Notes: generated by a model from the letters alone, not told the origin. A stretch of 34,032 bases of DNA from a virus (IMGVR_UViG_3300012948_000011:1-34032); one strand, 5' to 3'. Positions 16,137 through 25,990 are shown, counted from the first letter of the stretch. Made by a program: numbers and translations.

Positions 16137-16600
16137 TGGCTACGCGTCAGTACGAGCCTGTCGCGGTTGCCCGCCAGTTCAAGTACGTCCGTGAGCTGAC
16201 GGGCAACACGGGCCAGCGCGTCGAGGCCATCCAACGCTGGGGCGGTGGGAAGCCCGGCGACTCGTGGTGCGCGTTCTTCGCCACCATGGTGTTAGACATC
16301 TGTTATCAAGGCCAGGCGCCGATCCAGCGCACGGGCAGCTGCGACGTCATTCTCGAGGTCGCGCGGGAAGCGAACTGGGTGCACGAGACGCCGCTCCCGA
16401 ACGACATCTATCTGCGGGTGAAAGACGGGAACGACGCGCACCACGTCGGCTTTGTCGCCGCCGTGCAACCCGACCAGCACACGTTCACACAGATCTCTGG
16501 CAACACGTCCGCCGACGGGAAGTCGTCCAACGGCGATGGCGTGTACGAGCGAGACATCCCGCTCTCCGCTGATCTCGTCTTCGTGAGAGTGCCGCAATGA
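16136..16600 (+). CDS. CHAP-domain amidase/peptidase (endolysin)
   Basis: SWCAFF (catalytic Cys), HHVGFV (catalytic His) and ISGNT motifs of CHAP domains. Confidence 0.85.
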   Translation: MATRQYEPVAVARQFKYVRELTGNTGQRVEAIQRWGGGKPGDSWCAFFATMVLDICYQGQAPIQRTGSCDVILEVAREANWVHETPLPNDIYLRVKDGNDAHHVGFVAAVQPDQHTFTQISGNTSADGKSSNGDGVYERDIPLSADLVFVRVPQ

Positions 16601-17385
16601 CGGCCATCCGCATCGTCGCCGAGATGACGCGCGAGGCGCCACGTGAGTGGGTGGAGGAGCTGCGCCGGGTGTCACCCAAAACGACCGCGCACAGCTATCT
16701 CGAGTTCAAGTGGGAGTTCGTGCTCGGCAAGGTGAAGGGTGTCTGGCGCGATCGGTCGCGTTGGGTGCTCTACCAGATGCAACCGGCATGGGCGATCCCC
16801 GCCGGCATTCGTCGCATGCTCGATGACGTTCCGCCGCGTCTCTTGCCGCCTGGCCGTGCGCATGCGCGGCGGGCGTTCATCGATGACTACGCGCACGAGA
16901 TGTATCGCACCCAGCGCGTGTTCCCTCGGCCGTTCTGGGTCATCCAGGGTCCGAATGGTGGTGTGCCTGCCGGCTACACCGAGCAGGAAGCTGAGCTGCT
17001 GCAGGTGATGGGCGAGCCCACGAATCCACCACCGGTCGGCCTGCTGCCCTACGCGGACTTCGATAGCCGCGTCATTCAGCAAATCCTCATGCGGGACAAA
17101 CTCCTCGCGTCGGGGATGGACGTGGAGATGATCGCGGACGAGGACAAGATCCTCTCGGAGTATCGCAAAGAAGTGAGCGAGGCGACGTGGCAGTTCCGCC
17201 GCGCGTTCATCGACTGGTTCACCGGGACGCTGGCGGACGGCGCCGACTTCCTAACGTGGTACACCCGACGGAGCGAGGCCGATCGTGTGCTGCGCCCCGC
17301 GACGAAGGCCGAGATGGTCGCGGCCATCGAGTGTGAAGACCACTTCCTCGCCACGGGCGACGTGCCCACGGCAGACGTCGCATAA
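16597..17385 (+). CDS. Hypothetical protein (262 aa)
   Basis: ATGA coupling. Confidence 0.8.
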   Translation: MTAIRIVAEMTREAPREWVEELRRVSPKTTAHSYLEFKWEFVLGKVKGVWRDRSRWVLYQMQPAWAIPAGIRRMLDDVPPRLLPPGRAHARRAFIDDYAHEMYRTQRVFPRPFWVIQGPNGGVPAGYTEQEAELLQVMGEPTNPPPVGLLPYADFDSRVIQQILMRDKLLASGMDVEMIADEDKILSEYRKEVSEATWQFRRAFIDWFTGTLADGADFLTWYTRRSEADRVLRPATKAEMVAAIECEDHFLATGDVPTADVA

Positions 17386-17395
17386 GAGGACTCAT

Positions 17396-18028
17396 ATGCC
17401 AACGAAGTACCAAGCTCCGACCGAAGGGTGGAATCAAAACAGGCAGCGCGGGCTCGGGCTGTTCCACGACCAACATCGGAGCGACAAGTTCCCCGATGGG
17501 CGGCCGTGGTGGGCGTACACCGAGCGCCCGGCCGACGGCGCGCATATGCCGCATCCCGTGGGTGAGCTGAATCCCTACGGGTGGCAGGCGCCGTGGATTC
17601 CCGAAGCGACCTACATGCAGATGAGCATGGGGACGCTCCAGACGAACAAGTTCCGGATCATGTACGAGCGGATGATCGCGGACTATCGCCAGGCGCAAGA
17701 AGAATTCTATCAACGGGCGGCGGCGGAAGCCTTGCAGGCCAATCTCCCGATCCCCGAGTTCGGCGATGCGCTCGGGTGGAAGCTCCGAGCGATCGTTGGT
17801 CAACCGCCGCGCAGTCCTCGACTCCCCGAGGCTGCGCTGGCGGGCGATCGATGGCTCTTAGGGTTCGTCCTCGAGCCGAACGAGTATCTCAATCGCTTGC
17901 TGGTCTCGGGCGATGTGCGCATCGGTCGCGAGACGGAGATCCCGATTGAGAAGATCATCAATCGGACGACGATGCCAGATCTCTCGACGCTCGCGGGTAA
18001 GAAGTCCAAGGAGCCGGCGCCCGCATGA
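17396..18028 (+). CDS. Hypothetical protein (210 aa)
   Basis: GAGGA RBS before ATG 17396. Confidence 0.8.
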   Translation: MPTKYQAPTEGWNQNRQRGLGLFHDQHRSDKFPDGRPWWAYTERPADGAHMPHPVGELNPYGWQAPWIPEATYMQMSMGTLQTNKFRIMYERMIADYRQAQEEFYQRAAAEALQANLPIPEFGDALGWKLRAIVGQPPRSPRLPEAALAGDRWLLGFVLEPNEYLNRLLVSGDVRIGRETEIPIEKIINRTTMPDLSTLAGKKSKEPAPA

Positions 18029-18702
18029 TCTGGGACAGCGCGTACCTCTTGGGCCAGTTCAATCGGATGGCTGGCCGTCCGGAGAGCGATCAGATCTCGC
18101 CCGACACCAAGTATCTCTGGTTGTCCGAGGCGCAGAATCAGGTCGTCGCCGATGTGGCGGCGCGCATGCCAGAAGTGCTCTACCCGATCAGCGCCACGTT
18201 GATGGTGAGTCACGACGGCGGGCGCTGGTTCGATTTCGGATTGAACGAGATCGGAGAACCCATCTTCCCGATGGGCAAGGCGATGATCTACACCTCGCCC
18301 AACGCGGTGCCGAACATGCCGCTCTCGGTCGGCTTCGATTACATGCAGATGGGGAACCGGATCGAGATCCCCAACGGTCGGAGCTACCCGGGGCCGCTCT
18401 ATTGGCGCGGCATTACGCCGCCGATCGATATCTCGGCCACACGCCAACCACAATTGCAGCCGCCGCCGTCCCGGTTCCTCATCACGCTCTTGGCGGTGAA
18501 GAACTTCGGCCAGGCGGGGAATATCAATCCCGATCTCGGCACGTCCATGACGGAGTTGTGGACGCGCGAATTCCCCCGCTGGATGCTGGTCTATCGCACG
18601 CAGTTCGCGAGTGGCGGCGTGTTGGGACCACTGACGACGCCCCCGACCGTCGGGCCATACACGTACGCGGCGTATCTGCCGGCTACCTCGGCGGGGCTAT
18701 AG
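18025..18702 (+). CDS. Head-tail adaptor protein (putative)
   Basis: Helix-beta insert-helix layout with WLSEAQNQV motif typical of podovirus adaptors; position. Confidence 0.6.
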   Translation: MIWDSAYLLGQFNRMAGRPESDQISPDTKYLWLSEAQNQVVADVAARMPEVLYPISATLMVSHDGGRWFDFGLNEIGEPIFPMGKAMIYTSPNAVPNMPLSVGFDYMQMGNRIEIPNGRSYPGPLYWRGITPPIDISATRQPQLQPPPSRFLITLLAVKNFGQAGNINPDLGTSMTELWTREFPRWMLVYRTQFASGGVLGPLTTPPTVGPYTYAAYLPATSAGL

Positions 18703-18711
18703 GAAACGCTC

Positions 18712-19110
18712 ATGGCCAACGTCTTTCGCACCGTGGGTCGTGTGTTCGATCTCTCGACCAAGCCTGGTGAGGGCACGGGCACCTACATCATCGGAGATGC
18801 ATCGGATGGGTTGGTCGGGACGTTCAGCGTGCATCTCGTGAACACGGGCGGGCTCGGGGCGAGCATGGTGGTGAAGGCGCGCACGCGCATCCCGCAGGCC
18901 AACGACGATAACGTGGCGTTCCAGCCGATCCCGTATCTCAAGCTCTTTCTGAATGGCGCGGTGGCCGACAGCACGTTTGATACGGCGCCGATCACGACGA
19001 CATCGATCATTCTCATTCCCGCAACGGGATTAGAGATCGCACTCGATGTCACCTATTCGGCCGGGACGGGCCGGATCTACTGGTCCCCGTTGAAAGGAGC
19101 GGCGGCATGA
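18712..19110 (+). CDS. Beta-rich virion protein (paralogue 1)
   Basis: AGGA RBS; aligns end to end with 19292-19726. Confidence 0.75.
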   Translation: MANVFRTVGRVFDLSTKPGEGTGTYIIGDASDGLVGTFSVHLVNTGGLGASMVVKARTRIPQANDDNVAFQPIPYLKLFLNGAVADSTFDTAPITTTSIILIPATGLEIALDVTYSAGTGRIYWSPLKGAAA

Positions 19111-19286
19111 GCGCTGACACGACGATTCGTCCGCGCGTGCCATGGCTCAACTGGCCCGCCTGGCGCCGTCATGGCGGGGCGGGTCCGCCGCCGCCGACAG
19201 ACCAAAGCATCACCACCGAAGACCAGCCGCCGATCGATCTGACAACGGAAGACACCATCACGCTGGTCGTGGAATCCTCACCGTAA
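19107..19286 (+). CDS. 59-aa protein with tandem TTED motifs (absent from the ORF track)
   Basis: AAGGAG RBS, ATGA overlap, fills the gap; MSADTTIRPRVPWLNWPAWRRHGGAGPPPPTDQSITTEDQPPIDLTTEDTITLVVESSP. Confidence 0.75.
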   Translation: MSADTTIRPRVPWLNWPAWRRHGGAGPPPPTDQSITTEDQPPIDLTTEDTITLVVESSP

Positions 19287-19291
19287 TTCTC

Positions 19292-19726
19292 ATGGCTCTC
19301 ATTCCACGTCAACCGGGCCGAGTGTTCCGCATCTCGCCAGCGCCTGATGAGGGCGTGAACACGTACATGCTGGGCGATGCGCATGACGGGAAGATCGGGA
19401 CGTTCATGATCTCCCTGTGGACGCAACCGGGATTCGCAGGCAGCATGACCGTGCAGGCGCGGCCTCGGAATCCGGAAGCGGCGCAACCCGTGACGCCGCC
19501 AATGCCCGCGTTGCCGATGCCGTTCCAGCCCATTCCCTACTTGCAGCTCAGTAACGCCGGGGCGGCGGTCTCACCGCCAGTGTGGAGCAGCGCGCCGATC
19601 ACCGCAACCTGCCTCATCGAGGTTCCGGCGACGGGGCTGGCCCTCGCGCTCAACGTGACCGCCGTGACTGCTGGCGAAGCGTGGGTGTTCTGGTGGGCGG
19701 TGGAAGGCCAGGCTATCGCGACATAG
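19292..19726 (+). CDS. Beta-rich virion protein (paralogue 2)
   Basis: Start at ATG 19292 by alignment with paralogue 1 (GRVF..P.EG..TY..GDA.DG..GTF; FQPIPYL; PATGL..AL.VT). Confidence 0.75.
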   Translation: MALIPRQPGRVFRISPAPDEGVNTYMLGDAHDGKIGTFMISLWTQPGFAGSMTVQARPRNPEAAQPVTPPMPALPMPFQPIPYLQLSNAGAAVSPPVWSSAPITATCLIEVPATGLALALNVTAVTAGEAWVFWWAVEGQAIAT

Positions 19727-19736
19727 GAGAACGCTC

Positions 19737-20900
19737 ATGGCCGATGTCTCGATTGCGAATCTTCCCGCGTTTGTGGGGTCCAGTGCCGCCAACAGCGATC
19801 TCTTGGTGATGGTCGATGTCAGCGATACCTCTGAGTCGCCGCTCGGGACGACGAAGCGGATCACCTTTACGCAAGTGGTGAACAACATCCTCGGTGGCGT
19901 GACGGTAGAAGGCGCAATGAATGTCACCGGGAATGTGGGGGTGGGGAATTCCGCCGATGCCGCAAGTCATTCGCTCACGATCGATGCGGCGGCAGGGCGG
20001 GCCGCATATGTCGCGTTCGCAACCGCAGGCGTCGTGAAATGGGCGTTAGGGCGTGGCGCAGCAAATGGCAGCGACGATTTCCAATTGTACAATCAGGTCT
20101 TAGGGTCGCTCGCGGTCGGCGTAGACATCAGCACCAATGCGCTCACGCTGAGTGCCCCGAGTATCACGTGGGCTGGCCAGGTCCTCAATCTCGGCACTGG
20201 GCAACTCACCTTAAATCGTTCCACGGCCGGTCCGCTTCAACTCGCATTCGCGCAGGGGGGAACGACACGCGCTTACATCATCAATCCCGCGACGGATTCG
20301 ATCGGGTTTTACACGGGGGGAGGCGTGCCGATGCTCCTCGCTGCCTCATCGGGTGTGGTCATTGGGACCGATCCCGGAGCGACGTATCCACTCCGCGTGG
20401 GTGGGCTCGCGCGCTTCGGCGCCGGCGGGGTGCTCGTCGATATCGGCCCGGCGGCGACACAGGGACTTGTCGGTACCAACTCGAATCATCCGCTCGCCCT
20501 GTTCACGAATGGGCTGAACCGCGTGGTGATCGGCACCGATGGAAGTGTTGTCATCGGTGCCGATCCTGGATTGGGCGGAATCCTTCGCGTCGGTGGGCAG
20601 ATCACCGCCAGAACCATGGCCCTACAAGAGAACGCAAATACGGTTTCACTCAATATCAATAACACGGCTGCCCTGTCGTTCGGGATACATGTCAGTGCCG
20701 GTGGCACGGGGGGCAACTTTATCGCGTCCTTCGCGAACTATCTCACGGTTGAAAAGGTGACCATTGATGAAGGTCTGGGCGGCGCGAATGCCACGGCGCT
20801 GCTCTTATGGGCCAATGCGCTTGGGTCGCAAGGGCGTGTCTTTACCGGTCCCGTTGGGTCGGGACCGGGTGGCGTTGGGCGTGTGCTCTATCTCGTTTAG
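19737..20900 (+). CDS. Tail fibre protein 1
   Basis: N-terminal attachment module SIANLPAF..DLLVMVDVSD..GTTKRI; Gly-rich beta repeats. Confidence 0.8.
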   Translation: MADVSIANLPAFVGSSAANSDLLVMVDVSDTSESPLGTTKRITFTQVVNNILGGVTVEGAMNVTGNVGVGNSADAASHSLTIDAAAGRAAYVAFATAGVVKWALGRGAANGSDDFQLYNQVLGSLAVGVDISTNALTLSAPSITWAGQVLNLGTGQLTLNRSTAGPLQLAFAQGGTTRAYIINPATDSIGFYTGGGVPMLLAASSGVVIGTDPGATYPLRVGGLARFGAGGVLVDIGPAATQGLVGTNSNHPLALFTNGLNRVVIGTDGSVVIGADPGLGGILRVGGQITARTMALQENANTVSLNINNTAALSFGIHVSAGGTGGNFIASFANYLTVEKVTIDEGLGGANATALLLWANALGSQGRVFTGPVGSGPGGVGRVLYLV

Positions 20901-20909
20901 AGAATCCTT

Positions 20910-22184
20910 ATGGCGACGATCTCCATTGCCAATCTTCCTGCCTTTGTCGGTGCGGGCGGCGATGTGGGTGATCTGCTGGTCATGGTCGATGTCAGTGATC
21001 TGTCGGCATCGCCGCGCGGGACGACCAAACGCATCTCCTTTTCCCAGGCGTTGAGCAACCCGCCTGGGAACGTGACCGTCGGCGGGAACCTGATCGTCGG
21101 CGGGACCACGCAACTCGGTACCGTGACAGCGGGGACGTGGAACGGCTCGACGATTGGTCCAGCGTTCGGCGGCACGGGGTTCACCACGTATGGCCCCGGC
21201 GATCTGCTGCACGGGCTGCCCTCGGGCGCGCTCAATCGGCTGCCCGGCAACACGACGGCGGTCAAGCAGTTCCTCACGAGTACTGGCACCGGGTCAGCGG
21301 CGAATGCGCCCGCGTGGGGCACGATCGTCGCGGCGGATGTTGGGCCAGGGACATTCACAGGCGCATTCACGTTTGCGAATACCCTGGTTATTGGGACCGA
21401 TCCGGGCGGCGCGGCGCTCCTCCGCGTCGGCGGCAGTGTGCGTACGAGTGGTCCCATTTCAGTCACTAATACGTCCAACAATGCTGCGCCTTTCTTGGGA
21501 TCGGTCTTCAGTTGGACGGGGGCTGGCTCGATTGATGACGCGGCAATCGCCGCGTTCGGAAGCATCCGACTGTACCCCGGCAACAGCTCGACAAGTGGGT
21601 TGGTCGTCAGCACGACGAATGTCATTGTTGGGGCCGACCCTGGCGGGACGGCGCGGCTCCGGGTGGGTGGCGCGATACAAAACATCCATGGGGTGACTGG
21701 GGAGTATGCATTCCAGACGGTCAACGCAACGACGGGCGTGAACCCGCTCGGTGCGTTCATCCAGTTCTCTGGTGCCAGCCCGAACAACGCCACGAGCCAT
21801 TTCCTGCTGTGTCAGGACAACGCGGGGACAAAGGCTGTCATCTATAGCAACGGTGGGATTGCGAATTTCCAGGCGAACAATGTGAACTTCTCGGACGCGA
21901 GCTTGAAGGATGTGGGGGCCGTCGTCGATCCCGTCGTCTGGTGGGACCGGCTCGCCGCATTAGAAGTTCGTGAATTCAAATACTGGAATCAACGGCGCAA
22001 CGACCCGAACGTGGGACTCGTCGCGCAGCAGGTGCAGGCGATTGCCCCGGAGCTTATCGGCACGATTCCGACTGATGGCGCACCACTGCTGGGCGTCTAC
22101 ACATCCGATTTGTTCCATGCGCATATCGCCGTCACGCAGGAACTCCAACGGCGCGTCCGCGCGCTCGAAGCCAAGATTTCATAA
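20910..22184 (+). CDS. Tail fibre protein 2 with C-terminal intramolecular chaperone (peptidase S74-like)
   Basis: Same N-terminal module; SDASLK cleavage motif, GLVAQQVQAIAPEL and terminal coiled coil QELQRRVRALE. Confidence 0.88.
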   Translation: MATISIANLPAFVGAGGDVGDLLVMVDVSDLSASPRGTTKRISFSQALSNPPGNVTVGGNLIVGGTTQLGTVTAGTWNGSTIGPAFGGTGFTTYGPGDLLHGLPSGALNRLPGNTTAVKQFLTSTGTGSAANAPAWGTIVAADVGPGTFTGAFTFANTLVIGTDPGGAALLRVGGSVRTSGPISVTNTSNNAAPFLGSVFSWTGAGSIDDAAIAAFGSIRLYPGNSSTSGLVVSTTNVIVGADPGGTARLRVGGAIQNIHGVTGEYAFQTVNATTGVNPLGAFIQFSGASPNNATSHFLLCQDNAGTKAVIYSNGGIANFQANNVNFSDASLKDVGAVVDPVVWWDRLAALEVREFKYWNQRRNDPNVGLVAQQVQAIAPELIGTIPTDGAPLLGVYTSDLFHAHIAVTQELQRRVRALEAKIS

Positions 22185-22202
22185 CCGTCGAGGACTTCTG
22201 TC

Positions 22203-22541
22203 ATGGCAATCAGCAATTCGGCATTGGCCTATCTCTTGGGCCAGGATCGGGCGTTCATCGGTCGTGTCATGATTCAACTCCTCACCCAAGCCACCATCGT
22301 GCTGGCCGAGACGGGGGTCGGGGAGACGCACGCCCGCCGTGTGGCCTACGCCCAGCAAGTGATTGAAAATCCCACGGGGATGGCGGCCCGTGCAGCGCCC
22401 TATCTCGCACAATCAACCAATGTCATTGGCACGATCACCATCGAGGACGTGGGCGTCGTGACCTCCGTGACCGATACGGCGCTCACGGCACAGATGGCGG
22501 CGAGTTGGAACTCGCTCGCGGGCATCGATACCGGCAATTAG
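22203..22541 (+). CDS. Hypothetical protein, probably tail-fibre associated
   Basis: GAGGA RBS; follows the fibre gene. Confidence 0.7.
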   Translation: MAISNSALAYLLGQDRAFIGRVMIQLLTQATIVLAETGVGETHARRVAYAQQVIENPTGMAARAAPYLAQSTNVIGTITIEDVGVVTSVTDTALTAQMAASWNSLAGIDTGN

Positions 22542-22543
22542 TC

Positions 22544-22801
22544 ATGACGAACCGCATGCAAGACGCGATCCGCGTGCCACTCACCGTTGCGCAGAATACC
22601 CGTCTCCAACGGCTCGTGGCCGCCGCTGCCGCCGCCAGTGCGCAGCGCGATGAAGTGCTCTCCGCGCTGGTGGAGGGCGTGACGGACGAGTCGATGCAGG
22701 GTTGGAATATCCAGATCAAAGAACGCGAAATCATTCTCACGGCGCCGCTGTCGGTGGAGAATGGACAGGCTCTTGCCCCGGCTGACGCTATGTCTCCCTA
22801 A
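22544..22801 (+). CDS. Hypothetical protein (possible fibre assembly chaperone)
   Basis: Short helical protein in the tail module. Confidence 0.6.
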   Translation: MTNRMQDAIRVPLTVAQNTRLQRLVAAAAAASAQRDEVLSALVEGVTDESMQGWNIQIKEREIILTAPLSVENGQALAPADAMSP

Positions 22802-24502
22802 GTGGCCGCTCTCGCCGCCCGCCGTCGCGCGCTTCGGCAGACCATTGCTGCCGGGCCGTGGCGTGGTGTGCGTGATACGATCGAGCCCTTCGATGACTCG
22901 ACGGATTATCTCGTAGACGCGAGCAACATCTACATCCCCGATCCCGATGGCGGCTCGGCCGCGTTCGGGCGCGGGGGGTTCCGGCTCGCGAACGAGGGCG
23001 CGCCGGTCTACACCGGCACCGGCCAGTGCGTGTACACGCATATCGCCGTCGATGGCACGATCTACCCCTTCATCGTCGGTGGCGGACGGCTCTACCGGAG
23101 CAGCAATCCCGGGGTCACGCATTTCGATGATGTGACCCCGGCTGGGATCACGATCGATCCCGTCTCGCGCGTCAAGATGGTCTCGCTCGGCGATGTGCTC
23201 ATCGTTTCCGATGGGATCAATCAGCCGTGGATCGCGACCAACCTTGCTGGCACGCCAATCACCGGGACCAAGATCAACTACGACAGTGGCGCCGGGACTG
23301 GCGTAGTGTGGAGCGCGCACGATATCACGGCCTACGGCGGCGCGCTCTTCGCCATCCTCCATGAAGTCGGCAGCACCGATCGGCACTCGGATATCTCATG
23401 GAGTGAACCCGGCCAACCCGACATCGGCTGGCAGCAAACAGACTTTGATAATAACTGGACCCTCGAGCAGACAGGCCAGTCTCCGCTCACCGCGATCGTG
23501 GGCACCAACGTCGCGCTCTACTACTTCCGCGCGCAATCGATCGGCGCCATTGCGGGCGCGGTCGGTCCCGATCTCCAGACGACCTCGACGCACGATGCCA
23601 TCAGCTTCAATGTCGGCACCGTTGCGTGGGCGGGCATCCAGACGTTCGGCAATCACATCTACTTCTCGGACGCGCTGGGCCGGCCGTGGCGGTTGCCGTT
23701 GGGCGGAACGCCGGAGGCGATCTGGCTCAACATGCGCCATCAGGTCGAGCAAGCGCCGACGCAGTTCACGGCGATCACGGCGCAAGTCACGACGAGCGCG
23801 TTTGATCCGGCGCAAAATCTCTATCTCGTCGCGCCGTACACGCAGCGCGCGCAGACGGCTGCCCCGCCGACGCAAGCGTTCGTGTTTGATACGCGCTCGG
23901 GGCGCTATATCGGTCGCTGGAATATCAAAGGACCGGATGGCGTGGCCATCGAGGCCATGGGCACGCTCCTCGATGGGCTCGGCGGCTCGAAGCTCATCAT
24001 CCTCGGCTCGAAGGACATTGCGCCGGCCCCAGGGGGGTGGGTCTGGGCGCTCGATCCGATTTCGAGTGCCATTAAGAGCTTCATCACGACGGAGGCGAGC
24101 CCGCCGCGCAACATCACCACCGAAGGCGGCAACCGGCTCGTCACCCAATCCACCGATGCGTTGTGGCAAGACGATGGCTTCCTCCCCGACATCATGGTGC
24201 AAACCACGCGGCTCGGGTACGAGGCCGATGTGATGTGGAACGTCGATCGCTGTACCGTCATCACCGGCAGCCCCGATCCCATCGAAGTGGCGATGCAGAC
24301 GACGGCGATCCCACAAACGCTCGTCGGCATTCCGGTCCCGGGCCTCTCGGCGGACGACACCTATCGGCTCGTCGTGGGGTGCAGCATCGCTGGACGCGGC
24401 ACCCAGGTGCGTGTCAAGCCTGTGAACATCACCACGCAGTGGATGATCAATCGCATCAGCATTGTCGCCGTGCCATCGCAAGCACGGCCGGAGGATGCCT
24501 GA
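22802..24502 (+). CDS. Tail nozzle / tail tubular protein B-like beta-propeller
   Basis: 566 aa, beta-rich, ISWSEPGQP..W motif; GPWRGVRD..ASNIY N-terminus typical of podovirus nozzles. Confidence 0.7.
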   Translation: MAALAARRRALRQTIAAGPWRGVRDTIEPFDDSTDYLVDASNIYIPDPDGGSAAFGRGGFRLANEGAPVYTGTGQCVYTHIAVDGTIYPFIVGGGRLYRSSNPGVTHFDDVTPAGITIDPVSRVKMVSLGDVLIVSDGINQPWIATNLAGTPITGTKINYDSGAGTGVVWSAHDITAYGGALFAILHEVGSTDRHSDISWSEPGQPDIGWQQTDFDNNWTLEQTGQSPLTAIVGTNVALYYFRAQSIGAIAGAVGPDLQTTSTHDAISFNVGTVAWAGIQTFGNHIYFSDALGRPWRLPLGGTPEAIWLNMRHQVEQAPTQFTAITAQVTTSAFDPAQNLYLVAPYTQRAQTAAPPTQAFVFDTRSGRYIGRWNIKGPDGVAIEAMGTLLDGLGGSKLIILGSKDIAPAPGGWVWALDPISSAIKSFITTEASPPRNITTEGGNRLVTQSTDALWQDDGFLPDIMVQTTRLGYEADVMWNVDRCTVITGSPDPIEVAMQTTAIPQTLVGIPVPGLSADDTYRLVVGCSIAGRGTQVRVKPVNITTQWMINRISIVAVPSQARPEDA

Positions 24503-24888
24503 TGCCGCCGATCCTCGCGCGCCCGCCCTACTCCAAACGTGACGTACCGTACGCGTTCGATCGCGGCTGGTGGCAGACGGAATTAGGAAACATTCAACGC
24601 GCGATCCCGGTCTACACGATCACGACCATCACGTCGCTGTACACGCCGGTCGCGACCGATCGCACGATCCTCGCCGACACCACGGCCGCTGCGGTCACGG
24701 TCTCGCTCCAAGATCCGTCTCGGCAGAAGGGTTTGGAATTGATCATTAAAAAGGTGGCAGGAGCCAATCCTGTTCACATCATCGGCACGATCGATGGCGT
24801 GGTGAATCCGGATCTCACCGCCATCTACGACTCGATCACGATTCAATCCGACGGCCAGCAATGGCTCAAGCTCGCGAGTAACCCATGA
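24502..24888 (+). CDS. Tail spike/needle-tip-like structural protein
   Basis: TILADTTAAAVTVSL..G..LIIKK..TIDG..YDSITIQSDG..W domain is common in phage fibres and spikes; start ATG 24502. Confidence 0.7.
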   Translation: MPPILARPPYSKRDVPYAFDRGWWQTELGNIQRAIPVYTITTITSLYTPVATDRTILADTTAAAVTVSLQDPSRQKGLELIIKKVAGANPVHIIGTIDGVVNPDLTAIYDSITIQSDGQQWLKLASNP

Positions 24889-25571
24889 GTATTTTCGGGA
24901 GCATCGGGAAAGGGATCAAAGGCATCGGCCATTTCCTCGGGAAGGTTGCGTCCAATCCGATCACCCAAGGGATTGTCGGTCTCACCCCGCTCGGGATTCC
25001 TGGCGCAATTGCAACGGGCGCGCTCGGGCGACTCATCGCGCCGGGCGGGAATCTCGGCGAAGCGGCGAAGGGCGGGCTCACAGGCCTCGCCGCTGGCACC
25101 GCTGGCCAGTTCCTCAAAGGCCTCCCGTCAGCAATCTCGAAAGGCGGCGGCATCAGTGGGATCTGGTCCGGCACCGGCACAGACGCGAAAGGCAACTTCG
25201 GATTGCTCGGCGATCTCGCGGGGAGGGTCGGTGGTGTCACGGGACTCGGGAGCTTCCTCGGCGGCGGCCCGGGTGGCGGCGGCGGTGGGCTCGAGACGAT
25301 CGCCAAGCTCGGTGCGCTGGGGTTGAGTGTCGCGGATCTCATGAACGCGCAGACGCTCGGGAAAAAGTCGAGCGATCTCGCGACCCAAGCACTCGACACC
25401 GTGCGCGGGAACTACGCAGCGAACGAGGGCCTGCGCACCGCAGGCCGCGCGGGGATGCTCAACCCGAAGATCATGGATGTCTCGGCATTGTTGGCCAACG
25501 CGGGGCCGTACGGGGCGTCACTCCCGCTCGGCAAGCCGGGGACCGTGGGCATGGGCACCTTCACGTCATAG
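24885..25571 (+). CDS. Gly-rich putative DNA ejection/pilot protein
   Basis: Amphipathic N-terminus and Gly/Ala-rich hydrophobic segments; follows the tail genes. Confidence 0.6.
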   Translation: MSIFGSIGKGIKGIGHFLGKVASNPITQGIVGLTPLGIPGAIATGALGRLIAPGGNLGEAAKGGLTGLAAGTAGQFLKGLPSAISKGGGISGIWSGTGTDAKGNFGLLGDLAGRVGGVTGLGSFLGGGPGGGGGGLETIAKLGALGLSVADLMNAQTLGKKSSDLATQALDTVRGNYAANEGLRTAGRAGMLNPKIMDVSALLANAGPYGASLPLGKPGTVGMGTFTS

Positions 25572-25581
25572 GAGATCTCTC

Positions 25582-25989
25582 ATGCCCCTCATGGCGCTCG
25601 ATCCCTTTGCTCCGGTAACGACCCGCCAGCCCGGCGCGAACTCGGCGACAGTCGCGTATCCGACGATCGCGCCGACGACGGCGAGCGCTTCGCCGACGCA
25701 GCCCCAGCTCCCGATCGTGCAGCAACAGCAACAGGGGCGGTCGCAGGTCTCGCCAGTCCAGCAACCGGCGCAGAACACGGCGGCCACGCCGGGGATCATG
25801 GACCCGTTGGCGTTCGCACCTCAAGCGCCGCCGCTCGATGTGATGAGTGGTGCGACGACGGCAGCGCCAGCCATGCCACTCATGGCGCAGAACAACATGC
25901 AGCTCGCGCCGAACTGGTATAGCGCGCCACAGCCACAGTCCACACCGCAGCCGCTCGCCTTTCAGCAAGCGCTGGATCTGTTGAGGTAA
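25582..25989 (+). CDS. P/Q/A-rich putative internal virion protein
   Basis: AGGAG RBS before ATG 25582. Confidence 0.6.
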   Translation: MPLMALDPFAPVTTRQPGANSATVAYPTIAPTTASASPTQPQLPIVQQQQQGRSQVSPVQQPAQNTAATPGIMDPLAFAPQAPPLDVMSGATTAAPAMPLMAQNNMQLAPNWYSAPQPQSTPQPLAFQQALDLLR

Positions 25990-25990
25990 T

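Noticed and set aside
19858-19868. Extra copy of the leader motif (GGATCACCTTT)
   Set aside because: Inside the fibre coding sequence (RITF), lacks CCAG and has no downstream start; probably chance.
19737-21045. Diversity-generating retroelement template/variable repeat pair
   Set aside because: Differences between the fibre 5' ends are largely synonymous and not adenine-specific, and no reverse transcriptase is present.
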